Of a stretch of 58,040 nucleotides of DNA, positions 1-7,726 are shown piece by piece. The translations under genes were made by a program, and so were the position numbers. Each line of letters starts with the position of its first letter. Position 1 is the stretch's first letter. The notes beneath the pieces are model-generated. The model saw nothing but the letters and a program-made list of their open reading frames with translations. It made no database searches and was not told where the DNA came from. Source of the DNA: Polyangiales bacterium (GTDB taxonomy: Bacteria; Myxococcota_A; Polyangia; Polyangiales; Polyangiaceae); contig JBBRNJ010000059.1 of the NCBI GenBank assembly GCA_038230375.1, positions 1-58,040 on the forward strand. Direction: 5' to 3'.

Positions 1-16
1 CACGCGAGCGCAGCTT

Positions 17-203
17 GACGCGCTTCGTGATACCCGACGGGGGGGGAAGCGCGGCGGAGGCACGCTCGCAGCCAAGCGGCACAGAAGGCTCAGCGGATCT
101 CCGCACGTCGGGGATCGCGAAGCGCGTCATCTCCACCGCCACCGTCCCGTCCGACCACGGCTTCTTCAGCGCGATCCGACGCGCTTCGTGATCCCCGACG
201 GGG
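17..203. repeat. Three copies of the motif GACGCGCTTCGTGATCCCCGACGGGG: 17-43 (+), 106-128 (-), 178-203 (+)
   Basis: Read directly from the sequence. Further copies at 4490-4515 (+) and 4991-5016 (-). Confidence 0.9.
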
Positions 204-375
204 GGGCACAAGCCCCTCCGGCGTCGTCTGCACCCGCTCCTGCGCGAACGGCGGGCGCAGGATGTAGCGCAGCAACCGCTCCCGACCACCCTCATCTTCC
301 GCACCCGCGCGCCGCAGCGAGGGTGGCGGTCGCGGGTCTGGTCTTCGCAGCTCTACGCACCTCAGCACGGTGACG
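170..375 (-). mobile_element. IS91/ISCR-like (Y2 HUH) transposase remnant, copy A, fused to the palindromic end motif
   Basis: Minus strand reads RAGAEDEG-GRERLLRYILRPPFAQERVQTTPEGLV, resembling the ERLxRYxxRP...ERL region of IS91-family transposases. Upstream VELRRPD resembles their N-terminal YERRRPE. Positions 170-287 nearly match 4482-4598. Confidence 0.65.
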
Positions 376-492
376 CGATGAGAGGCCCGTCGTCAAGTGG
401 CGGCCTGTCGAGCGCGACTGCGTATCCGAACATGGGGATGACTGATCGCTCTCGCGCCTCGCGCAGTCGCTGGCGCATCTCGATGCGTGGCA

Positions 493-1185
493 TCAGGGTT
501 TGCGGGCAGATACCAGGATGCGCGAGCCGTCGAGCTTCTCGGGGGCGCGGCTGTCGTAGCTCTTGAATGTCTCGAGCCGATCGAAGCCGGCGTCATGCAG
601 CAGGGTCTCGATCTGCGGCCAGGTCATGATCGCGAAGTGGTGCTCGTCCTCGACGATCGCGCCGTTGACCTCGAACGTGTCGTGGTGGCTCCACACGGCA
701 GAATGCAGGTCGATCTTGATCTCGGCCGTGCGCCGGATCCCGTCCTTCTCTGTCGGCTCTGGGGTCTTGTAGTTCCGCAGGATCCAGAGAAAGCTCGGCC
801 CCTCCAGGAACACGACGCCGCCGGGCCTGAGCGCTCGATGGATCCGGCGTAGCGCGTCTCGTCGCGCGTCGTCGGACAGCAGGTACCAGAACGGATCGCA
901 GATCGCGATCACCACGTCGAAGCTCTCGTGGTCCTCGATCTCCGCGAATCCACCGGGGCGGATCCTCTCGTCATTGGCGCGATAGGAGGCGCGTGGCTCC
1001 ATGCCGACGACATCCCAGCCGAGCGTGACGAGCGCCTCGAGGATGCGGCCAGTGCCAGCACCGACGTCGAGCACGCGCGGTCGCTCGAGACCAAGAGAGC
1101 GCTGAACGAGCCACTCCAGGAAGCCAACGACGCGGCTCGGATCGCCCTTGCCCATGAACAGGTGGTAGAGCTGGCCTGCGTCCAT
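493..1185 (-). CDS. Class I SAM-dependent methyltransferase
   Basis: Motif I VLDVGAGTG, then FDVVI and LRPGGVVF. Confidence 0.9.
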   Translation of the reverse strand: MDAGQLYHLFMGKGDPSRVVGFLEWLVQRSLGLERPRVLDVGAGTGRILEALVTLGWDVVGMEPRASYRANDERIRPGGFAEIEDHESFDVVIAICDPFWYLLSDDARRDALRRIHRALRPGGVVFLEGPSFLWILRNYKTPEPTEKDGIRRTAEIKIDLHSAVWSHHDTFEVNGAIVEDEHHFAIMTWPQIETLLHDAGFDRLETFKSYDSRAPEKLDGSRILVSARKP

Positions 1186-1262
1186 GCCGGACAGATTCGC
1201 AGCCCGAGCTCGAGGCCGTCAAGCGCTCGAATCGCGGGCGACTACCGGGCGATGTGCAGAGA

Positions 1263-2537
1263 TCACGGGCGCTTCTTGAAGACGACCTCTGGATAGCTGG
1301 TGGAAGGTCCCGCGAGCAGCGGTGACGCCGTTCCAGAAAGCACGTCGTCGAAGAACGCGAGCTGATAGGCGCGTGCGATGCGGATGGCGCGCACCGGATC
1401 GATGGTGCCGATGAGCGTCGAGACCTGCGTGGCGAACGGCGGATAGAGCGCGAGGTCCGAGAAGTTCTGATGCAGGGCTTTCTTCACCGTCGCCTCGTAG
1501 GCCATGCCCGTCGCGTTTGCGAACGTGGTGTCAAGGGTGGAGTCGGCGCCGCGATCCGACTGCAAGAAGAAGATGGGCTGCGCGATCGCCTGTCCTACGA
1601 TGGGCCCGAAGAGCGTGCCATCCATGTCGAGCGCACCCTTCACGCGTGCGTCTGCCGCGACCAGACCGATGGCCGTCGCGCCACCGAACGAGTGGCCGAG
1701 CGCGCCGATCTTGCTCGTGTCCAGATGCCCTTGGATCTCGCCGCCTGGATCGCTTCCGTTCAGTTCGAGGATCCGATCGAGCACGAAGCGCGCGTCCGCG
1801 AGCCACACGGGCGCCGACGCCGAATATTCGGCGAAGCTGACGTTCTGCGAGCCGTGCGTGCCGGCGATCGTGGATCCATCCGCGAAGGTGGCGACGGGGA
1901 CCCAGAGCGTGTGCGTGATCTCGGCGACGACGTAGCCGTGGCTCACGAGCTCCTCGAAGAGCGACGTGTAGAAGCGCGGCAGCTCGCTGTAGCCGTGCGA
2001 GAACACGAGGAGCGGCCGCGGCGACAGCCCGCCTGCGAATGGCAACTTCGCGCGCGCGTGCGCATGCACTTGCGCGACCTGCGCGAGGGTCACGTTGGAC
2101 GCCTTCGCTTCGTTGGCGTCGAGGTAGGGAACCGCGACTCCTGGCGGACACGGGTCCGTCGGAAACCACAGCTCGACGGACAGGGGACGCGATGCATCCG
2201 GCGCGCCCCCGTCCTGCAAGGCGTTGCCGTCGATGTCGCGCGAGTCGTCCACGAACGTGCGCCGAGCTCCGCGTACGATGCCATAAGCGCCGGTCGGGGC
2301 GGGCAGCTCGATGTCGCCGGGAGCGAGCGGTCCGACGCTGCACGCAGCATCGAACGCTGCGTCGACCGTGCTCGCGTCGACGACCGCCGTAGCGTCCTCT
2401 ATCGAAGCGTCCGCGCCGCTCGGTCCGGAGCTCGAGCCGGTACCGCACGCGGCGAGAGCCACGAGCGTGAGGAGGGCCAGCGTGACCGCGCACGTCGCGA
2501 GGGCGGCGGTTGTTCGAGTCATCACGGCGGTCCGCAT
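1263..2537 (-). CDS. Lipoprotein alpha/beta hydrolase, PAF-acetylhydrolase-like
   Basis: Lipobox LAAC, LLVFSHG, GHSFGG nucleophile elbow, MDG, HQNFSD. Start uncertain. Confidence 0.85.
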   Translation of the reverse strand: MRTAVMTRTTAALATCAVTLALLTLVALAACGTGSSSGPSGADASIEDATAVVDASTVDAAFDAACSVGPLAPGDIELPAPTGAYGIVRGARRTFVDDSRDIDGNALQDGGAPDASRPLSVELWFPTDPCPPGVAVPYLDANEAKASNVTLAQVAQVHAHARAKLPFAGGLSPRPLLVFSHGYSELPRFYTSLFEELVSHGYVVAEITHTLWVPVATFADGSTIAGTHGSQNVSFAEYSASAPVWLADARFVLDRILELNGSDPGGEIQGHLDTSKIGALGHSFGGATAIGLVAADARVKGALDMDGTLFGPIVGQAIAQPIFFLQSDRGADSTLDTTFANATGMAYEATVKKALHQNFSDLALYPPFATQVSTLIGTIDPVRAIRIARAYQLAFFDDVLSGTASPLLAGPSTSYPEVVFKKRP

Positions 2538-2552
2538 CGGTGGATCATACAC

Positions 2553-3122
2553 TCACTCGCGGCGCTTGAAGGTCACGTCGAACGCTGGTTCCCAGGTCTT
2601 GCCTCCGTCCTTCGATTGCGTGGAGAACTCGCGGACCGCGCGGCCTTCGGCTTTCCACGTGATGCGGCGTACTACGGTGCTTCCGTCGGTGAGGTGCGCC
2701 TCGCCCTCCATTGTCACTGCGCCGTCCTTGAATGCGCCGGTGATGCTCATGATGGCGCCGCGGTTGGTGATCCACGTCTGCTGCCACGCCTTCTTCACGG
2801 AGTCGTAGCTGAGGATGCTGTCGCCGATGAGGCCGTCGGTCTGCTCGTAGAGCTCGTGGATTGCGCATGCGCCAGCGATCGCGTCGACGCGCGTCCTTGC
2901 GACCGATCCGGGCGCTGACCTGTCGGTCTCGAACGTCTCCCAGTCGCCGATCCAGAAGTCGAACTGACGGAACTCGGGAGCTCCGCACTTGCCGCCCGGT
3001 GTCGCGGGAGCCGGAGCGGGTGCAGCCGTCACGGCAGCAGTCTTCGGGGGTCGCGCCGCGCACGAACTACACGACGCGAGGACGAGCAGACACGCGATGC
3101 GAACGAACAGGGGATTCTGCAT
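2553..3122 (-). CDS. Exported protein, DUF1579-like
   Basis: Signal/lipoprotein-like N-terminus, EFRQFDFWIGDW, WQQTW, SKDGGKTW. Confidence 0.7.
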   Translation of the reverse strand: MQNPLFVRIACLLVLASCSSCAARPPKTAAVTAAPAPAPATPGGKCGAPEFRQFDFWIGDWETFETDRSAPGSVARTRVDAIAGACAIHELYEQTDGLIGDSILSYDSVKKAWQQTWITNRGAIMSITGAFKDGAVTMEGEAHLTDGSTVVRRITWKAEGRAVREFSTQSKDGGKTWEPAFDVTFKRRE

Positions 3123-3200
3123 CGTCGAATGATCCCTCGTCCCGTGAGCTCTCCAAACCGCCGAACCTGAGCATCGGAGAAACCGATATAGTGTCTTCGC

Positions 3201-3323
3201 ATGACGAAAGACGATCTGGCGCTGCTCGAGTTCGACGCCGATTCGAGCGCGCTGATCGAGCCTTCGGAGGTGTTTGCGAAGCGCCGTGGCCAGGTGCCAA
3301 CGGCCCGACATGCAGCGCCGTAG
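3201..3323 (+). pseudogene. Probable truncated 5' fragment of a nucleoside phosphorylase-family gene
   Basis: My translation is MTKDDLALLEFDADSSALIEPSEVF..., stopping after 40 aa. LEFD...A(L/I)IEP resembles the N-terminus of uridine phosphorylase-like proteins. Confidence 0.45.
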
Positions 3324-3624
3324 TCTCGCTCCGTTGGGTCATGCACGAAGGCAGTCACGCACGCGACCGTGCCCATAGGCGACCGATCCGTCAAGACCCC
3401 CTCGGGTGTATGCTGTCGTGGTGACAACTTCCCTGACACAGGGGGACAGTGCGCTCGTTGGTACCCTCGCTGGGCTTCGCCACTATGGCAGAGTGCGCTC
3501 TCCGGATGATGGAAGGCTGGTGACTCCGGACGCCGCTACGCGGTTCGTAAAACCGCTTACCTAAATCGTTAAGAAACCACGCGGTTTTGATTGTCTTGGT
3601 AAGTTCGCGGCAAGGAGAAGGCCG

Positions 3625-4425
3625 ATGGCGAAGGTGGAGGATCGCAGAGAAACAAATGGCATCGCTTTGGTGCGTATTGGCTCGGCCAAGAAACGCGAGC
3701 AAGACAAGGAATTGGCAGCGCCCAAGGCCGTCTTAGCGAAGCTCCCGACCGACGCCGGGCAGTCCCACATCGCTCCCCGGGCCTATCAGGTTCGGTGCAG
3801 TGGTGGCGCTTATTGGACCTTCGCACCCGAAGAGACAACGATTCTCAAAGGTAAGAAGAAGTTCAAGGTGGAGCTCAAGCGTTTGCACTGGATTGACCCG
3901 AAAGGAGAAGCGAAAACGAGTGTGGACTTGTTCGAACCGGACTCACTGCCGACATTCGATGTCCGACGAGGCTTCGCCATCATGGGAGTGGAAGGCGGGC
4001 GTATTCTCGAAATCGACTTGAAGAGCGGCAAAGCGCGACACATCGAAGTGGAAGGGATGGCCAATATCCGCCGCCAGAAGTTCTACTACGTGACATATCT
4101 CGGCGCCGACCGTGTTCTTGCGCAATGCTATGCCGATGAGGGGCCGTTCATACAGATCTTCGATTACGATGGAAAACAGCTTCGCGCCCGCTTCTCTCAT
4201 CGAGTGAGAGGCGAAGTCGCAGTGACGAAGGAGGGTGCGCTCTTGGCTGGCGCAGCGAAACTCTTCGTCTTCAACGTCGAAAAAGAAAAGCTGGTGGAGC
4301 TCGCCTCGTTCGACGAAAGTCATCTCCGAATGGGAATCCATCCCTCAGGAGTCGTGCGTTGTTACAACGCTCATGGGACTTTTGAGGTCGAAATCCCGCG
4401 CAATGGAACGAGGGCTCTGGAGTAA
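3625..4425 (+). CDS. Hypothetical protein, low GC, probably beta-rich
   Basis: 266-aa ORF with AGGAG RBS. Visibly more A/T-ending codons than the flanks. Confidence 0.8.
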   Translation: MAKVEDRRETNGIALVRIGSAKKREQDKELAAPKAVLAKLPTDAGQSHIAPRAYQVRCSGGAYWTFAPEETTILKGKKKFKVELKRLHWIDPKGEAKTSVDLFEPDSLPTFDVRRGFAIMGVEGGRILEIDLKSGKARHIEVEGMANIRRQKFYYVTYLGADRVLAQCYADEGPFIQIFDYDGKQLRARFSHRVRGEVAVTKEGALLAGAAKLFVFNVEKEKLVELASFDESHLRMGIHPSGVVRCYNAHGTFEVEIPRNGTRALE

Positions 4426-4481
4426 CGGTGGCGAGGAGGGGGTGCAGAATCGAGCAGCTGCTTTTACGCGAATCCGCGCTT

Positions 4482-4836
4482 CGCGATCCGACGCGCTTCG
4501 TGATCCCCGACGGGGGGCACCAGCCCCTCCGGCGTCGTCTGCACCCGCTCCTGCGCGAACGGCGGACGCAGGATGTACCGCAGCAACCGCTCGCGACCCT
4601 GCACCACACGATACAGCGTCGTCTCCTCCGGACGACGACGCTCGTACACGTACGCGCGACGACTCCGAACCTGTACACCCGCGACCACCCGACGCGCCTC
4701 GCAAGCCGCGCGCCACCACCATCTGCCCACTTTTCCCCGCTGTCCCCACGACGCGAGGATCGACCGCGGACACCACCCGCACGTCCGCGGACACCCAAAG
4801 CCGAAAGCCCCCGATGCGTTAGCATCGAGGGCCTTC
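4482..4836 (-). mobile_element. IS91/ISCR-like internally deleted element, copy B
   Basis: The N-terminal-type motif YERRRPEETTLYRVVQ is fused in frame directly to GRERLLRYILRPPFAQERVQTTPEGLV. End motif at 4490-4515 and hairpin at 4803-4836. Confidence 0.7.
4803..4836 (-). terminator. Hairpin: terminator or terIS-like structure
   Basis: Minus strand GAAGGCCCTCGATGC-TAAC-GCATCGGGGGCTTTC forms a 15-bp stem with two G-U pairs. Confidence 0.55.
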
Positions 4837-4867
4837 TTACTTCACTATCCCGATTCGCGACTTCGCA

Positions 4868-5027
4868 GATGAACAGCGTCGGATGGGGCGAGAGGCGCCC
4901 GTCAGGCGAGGCTTCGAGCGAGCACGGAGCGGAACGTACTCTGGTACGTGAGCACCGCGCGCAGCTCGAAGTCTCGTCTGGCGGGATGTCCCCCGTCGGG
5001 GATCACGAAGCGCGTCATCTCGCCCCA
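4868..5027 (+). repeat. Structured intergenic element (MITE/REPIN-like or ncRNA)
   Basis: 22-bp stem 4898-4919 with 4964-4985. Inner hairpin ACGTAC-TCTG-GTACGT. Ends in the shared motif. Confidence 0.7.
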
Positions 5028-5038
5028 GGCGATGCTGT

Positions 5039-6442
5039 TCAAGGGGCTGCTTTGCCGTGGCCTTGGCTGAAGCCTTCCCAGGGGAGGGCGAGGTACGGCA
5101 TGCCCGTGAGGAAGGGCTTGTCGTTCGAGTTCACGCCGTCGCCGACCGCGATCGTTCCCTTCGAGAGGAGCACGGAGAGGAGCACGTCGGTCACGTCAGC
5201 CTGCTCCTTGTTGGGCGCCGCACCGTACGAGATGGGGCGGCCGTTCGGGAAGCGGGAGTCCATGCCCAGGTCGACGCGGAGGACGTCGCCCGTCGCAGTC
5301 AGCGGGATGGTGTGGCCGCTCGACGCCAGGTTGATGGTGTCGATGATGTCGAGGCGGTTCGACTTGAGCGAATCAATCGTCTTCTGATCGACGCCGAGCG
5401 CCTTGTAGATGCCAACCGCCTCTGCGTCACGAACGACAACGGGGTTCAGGAAGTATGCGCCGAAGTTCTTCACGTCGTTCTGCGGCTTCGTGCGGTTGTA
5501 CTTGTCCTTGTCCTGAAGACCAATGACGGCCTCGTTGATGAGCGGCAGGCCAAGGCGCGAGACCTGGACCCAACCACCGAAGTTCTCCGACCCGCCGTTG
5601 CCGCGAAGGATGGACACCTTGCGGCGGCTGGCAGAGGCCCACACGCCGATCGTGTTCTCGTTGCTCGCGCCGGCCGCGGGCGCCTTGCCGTCCTTGCTGA
5701 CGAGCGTTGTCGGGATATCCAGGGCGATCGCGTGGCAGTTGTATCCTGCAACGTTGTCAACCGCAGTGCCGCCCAGAAGGTTCGCAAGGTCGAAGATGCG
5801 GCCGATGTTGACGTAGAAGCCGTCATCACGCGGACCCGCCCAGATCTTTCCTTCGCTGCCGTTGAAGCCCATCGGCTTGATGAACGTGGCCGCGTATGCG
5901 TCATCGTACTTGCCGCCCGCGGGCTTGTAGACAACCGCGTTCGTGTTGGGGCCGATGTTGGTCGGCGCGACGGGCACGCCCTGCGCGAGCACCGTGCGGT
6001 GGCCGTCGGCGATCTTCGTCACCGAGTACGTCTGCGACTGGCCGGACAGCTGCGAGAAGAACTCCTTGCCGCCGCCGAGGGGCGCCGTGAGGTTCGCCGG
6101 GTCGACGCGCGGGAAGTCCGTGGAGGAGAAGCGAATCTGGTACGTGAGCACATCGTCCAGGCTCTTCGCGCCGCGGGTCACGTGGACCTCGTAGAGAACG
6201 TCGTCGGAGAACTGGTTGTAGTTCGGGCCGCCGGACGGCTCCTCGAGCGGGTTGTACGCGACGACGACGTGAAGCATGTCGTGCGAAGAATCCGTGACCC
6301 AGGCCCACGTATCCGTGTTGTCCGACGCGGGGTCGAAGCCGATCGCGGGGGCTTCACGGTGGCTGGACGCCGAAGCGGCAGCCGCGAGAAGGGTCATGGC
6401 CGTGGTCGAGAGCATGCCGGTGACGAGATGACGAAGCTTCAT
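5039..6442 (-). CDS. DUF4331 family secreted protein
   Basis: Signal peptide, then ASSHREAP, DNTD, GPRDDGF, QVSRLGLPLINE, FPNGR. Confidence 0.9.
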   Translation of the reverse strand: MKLRHLVTGMLSTTAMTLLAAAASASSHREAPAIGFDPASDNTDTWAWVTDSSHDMLHVVVAYNPLEEPSGGPNYNQFSDDVLYEVHVTRGAKSLDDVLTYQIRFSSTDFPRVDPANLTAPLGGGKEFFSQLSGQSQTYSVTKIADGHRTVLAQGVPVAPTNIGPNTNAVVYKPAGGKYDDAYAATFIKPMGFNGSEGKIWAGPRDDGFYVNIGRIFDLANLLGGTAVDNVAGYNCHAIALDIPTTLVSKDGKAPAAGASNENTIGVWASASRRKVSILRGNGGSENFGGWVQVSRLGLPLINEAVIGLQDKDKYNRTKPQNDVKNFGAYFLNPVVVRDAEAVGIYKALGVDQKTIDSLKSNRLDIIDTINLASSGHTIPLTATGDVLRVDLGMDSRFPNGRPISYGAAPNKEQADVTDVLLSVLLSKGTIAVGDGVNSNDKPFLTGMPYLALPWEGFSQGHGKAAP

Positions 6443-6567
6443 GGAACGAGTCTCCTGTGGGGCGTGAGCGCCCGGATGTGAATCTTGTAAGTGCCGCGTG
6501 GTCTCAGCGGCAGTTGGTCGAGAGAGGGGCCCGCACGCTCCGACCAGGGAGCGAGCTCGGGCGGTTC

Positions 6568-7566
6568 TTACTTGGCGAGCACGTAGACGGTGCCAGTGCC
6601 GCCGGCCTTGCTATCGGCCCAGGCGAACTTGTCGGAGCCCTTCGCGCGGTGCAGACCCGCAGACTCCGTGAAGTTGCCAATGACGTCGTTGAACGACTTC
6701 ATCTGACCGGACGCAAGGTCCACCTTGTAGACAACGTCCATGCCGCCGGAGTCGAGACCGGAGACGAGCACCGCAGAGTCGTCCGAGAGGAGCGCGACAC
6801 CGGCGGGATGGCCGACCGCGAGGCCGTCCTTCAACACCGACACCTGACCGGCCTCGTCGATCTTGATGAGCGCAGAGCCCACCGCACCGTCGGGGCTGGA
6901 GTCCATCACGAGGACCGCGCCGGACTTCGTCACCGCAATGCCGCTCGGATCGGAGAACCCGTCCGACGCGCCGAGCTGGGAGACCGCGCCGCCGGCAAGA
7001 GCCGCCTTGAACGCGCCGGGCTTGCCGCCCTGGAAACCTGTAAAGTACACGAAGTCGCCTTCGACCTGCACGCCGCGCGGGTGCATCCCGGCAGTGCCAC
7101 CAAGGACCGACGGCTTGCCGCCAGCGATCGGGAGCGTGTAGATGCCGCCAGAGTCCTCGCCGTCCGCCGCTGCGTCAGCGCTCGCGTCCGCGATGAAGAG
7201 CGTCTGCCCGTCGTCGCTGATGCTGATGCCGAACGGCGACACGAGCGGGTCGCCCGTGACGAGCGCGGTCACCGGACCGCCAGAGGCCGCGACCTTGAAC
7301 ACGGCAGGAGTGCCGTCCATGGTGAGCGCCGTGAAGTACACGTTCTGCCCATCCGGATCGGGCGTGGCATCGAACGGCGTCTGAAACGTCGCACCGTCGC
7401 CAGTGGCGGCCGGGTCGATGTGACTGATGCCGATGCCGGAGTCCTCAGTGCTGCTCGACGACGAGCAACCCGCGAGAATCGCAACAATCAGAGAGCCAAT
7501 GGCAAGCGGTGCTTTCAAGCTTCTTCGGACGTGCGCAGTCGGGGTTGGCGTGGTGTGCTGGGTCAT
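6568..7566 (-). CDS. Lipoprotein with beta-propeller (NHL/SMP-30-like) repeats
   Basis: LAGC lipobox, repeated P-x-G-I/V-A/S blades, GGAGG RBS before ATG at 7566. Confidence 0.75.
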   Translation of the reverse strand: MTQHTTPTPTAHVRRSLKAPLAIGSLIVAILAGCSSSSSTEDSGIGISHIDPAATGDGATFQTPFDATPDPDGQNVYFTALTMDGTPAVFKVAASGGPVTALVTGDPLVSPFGISISDDGQTLFIADASADAAADGEDSGGIYTLPIAGGKPSVLGGTAGMHPRGVQVEGDFVYFTGFQGGKPGAFKAALAGGAVSQLGASDGFSDPSGIAVTKSGAVLVMDSSPDGAVGSALIKIDEAGQVSVLKDGLAVGHPAGVALLSDDSAVLVSGLDSGGMDVVYKVDLASGQMKSFNDVIGNFTESAGLHRAKGSDKFAWADSKAGGTGTVYVLAK

Positions 7567-7588
7567 ACGTCCTCCTTCTGGAGACACC

Positions 7589-7614
7589 TACGCAGGCCAT
7601 CGACCAGCGGTTGC
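7589..7614 (-). promoter_or_regulatory. Candidate ECF-type promoter GCAACC-N16-CGTA
   Basis: Matches the generic ECF AAC/CGT pattern and lies just upstream of the propeller-DUF4331 pair. Confidence 0.4.
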
Positions 7615-7726
7615 ATCTCACAGACGAAAGGTGAAGAAAGACGAAAACCCCTATTTTTCTAGGGTCAAATCGTCTCCCACCATGTGCGCTTTTCTGCGCA
7701 CGTGCCGGCGCCAACCTGCCGCGAGC

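Noticed and set aside
170..5027. Integron cassette array
   Set aside because: The repeats lack RYYYAAC/GTTRRRY attC ends, do not separate each gene, and there is no integrase.
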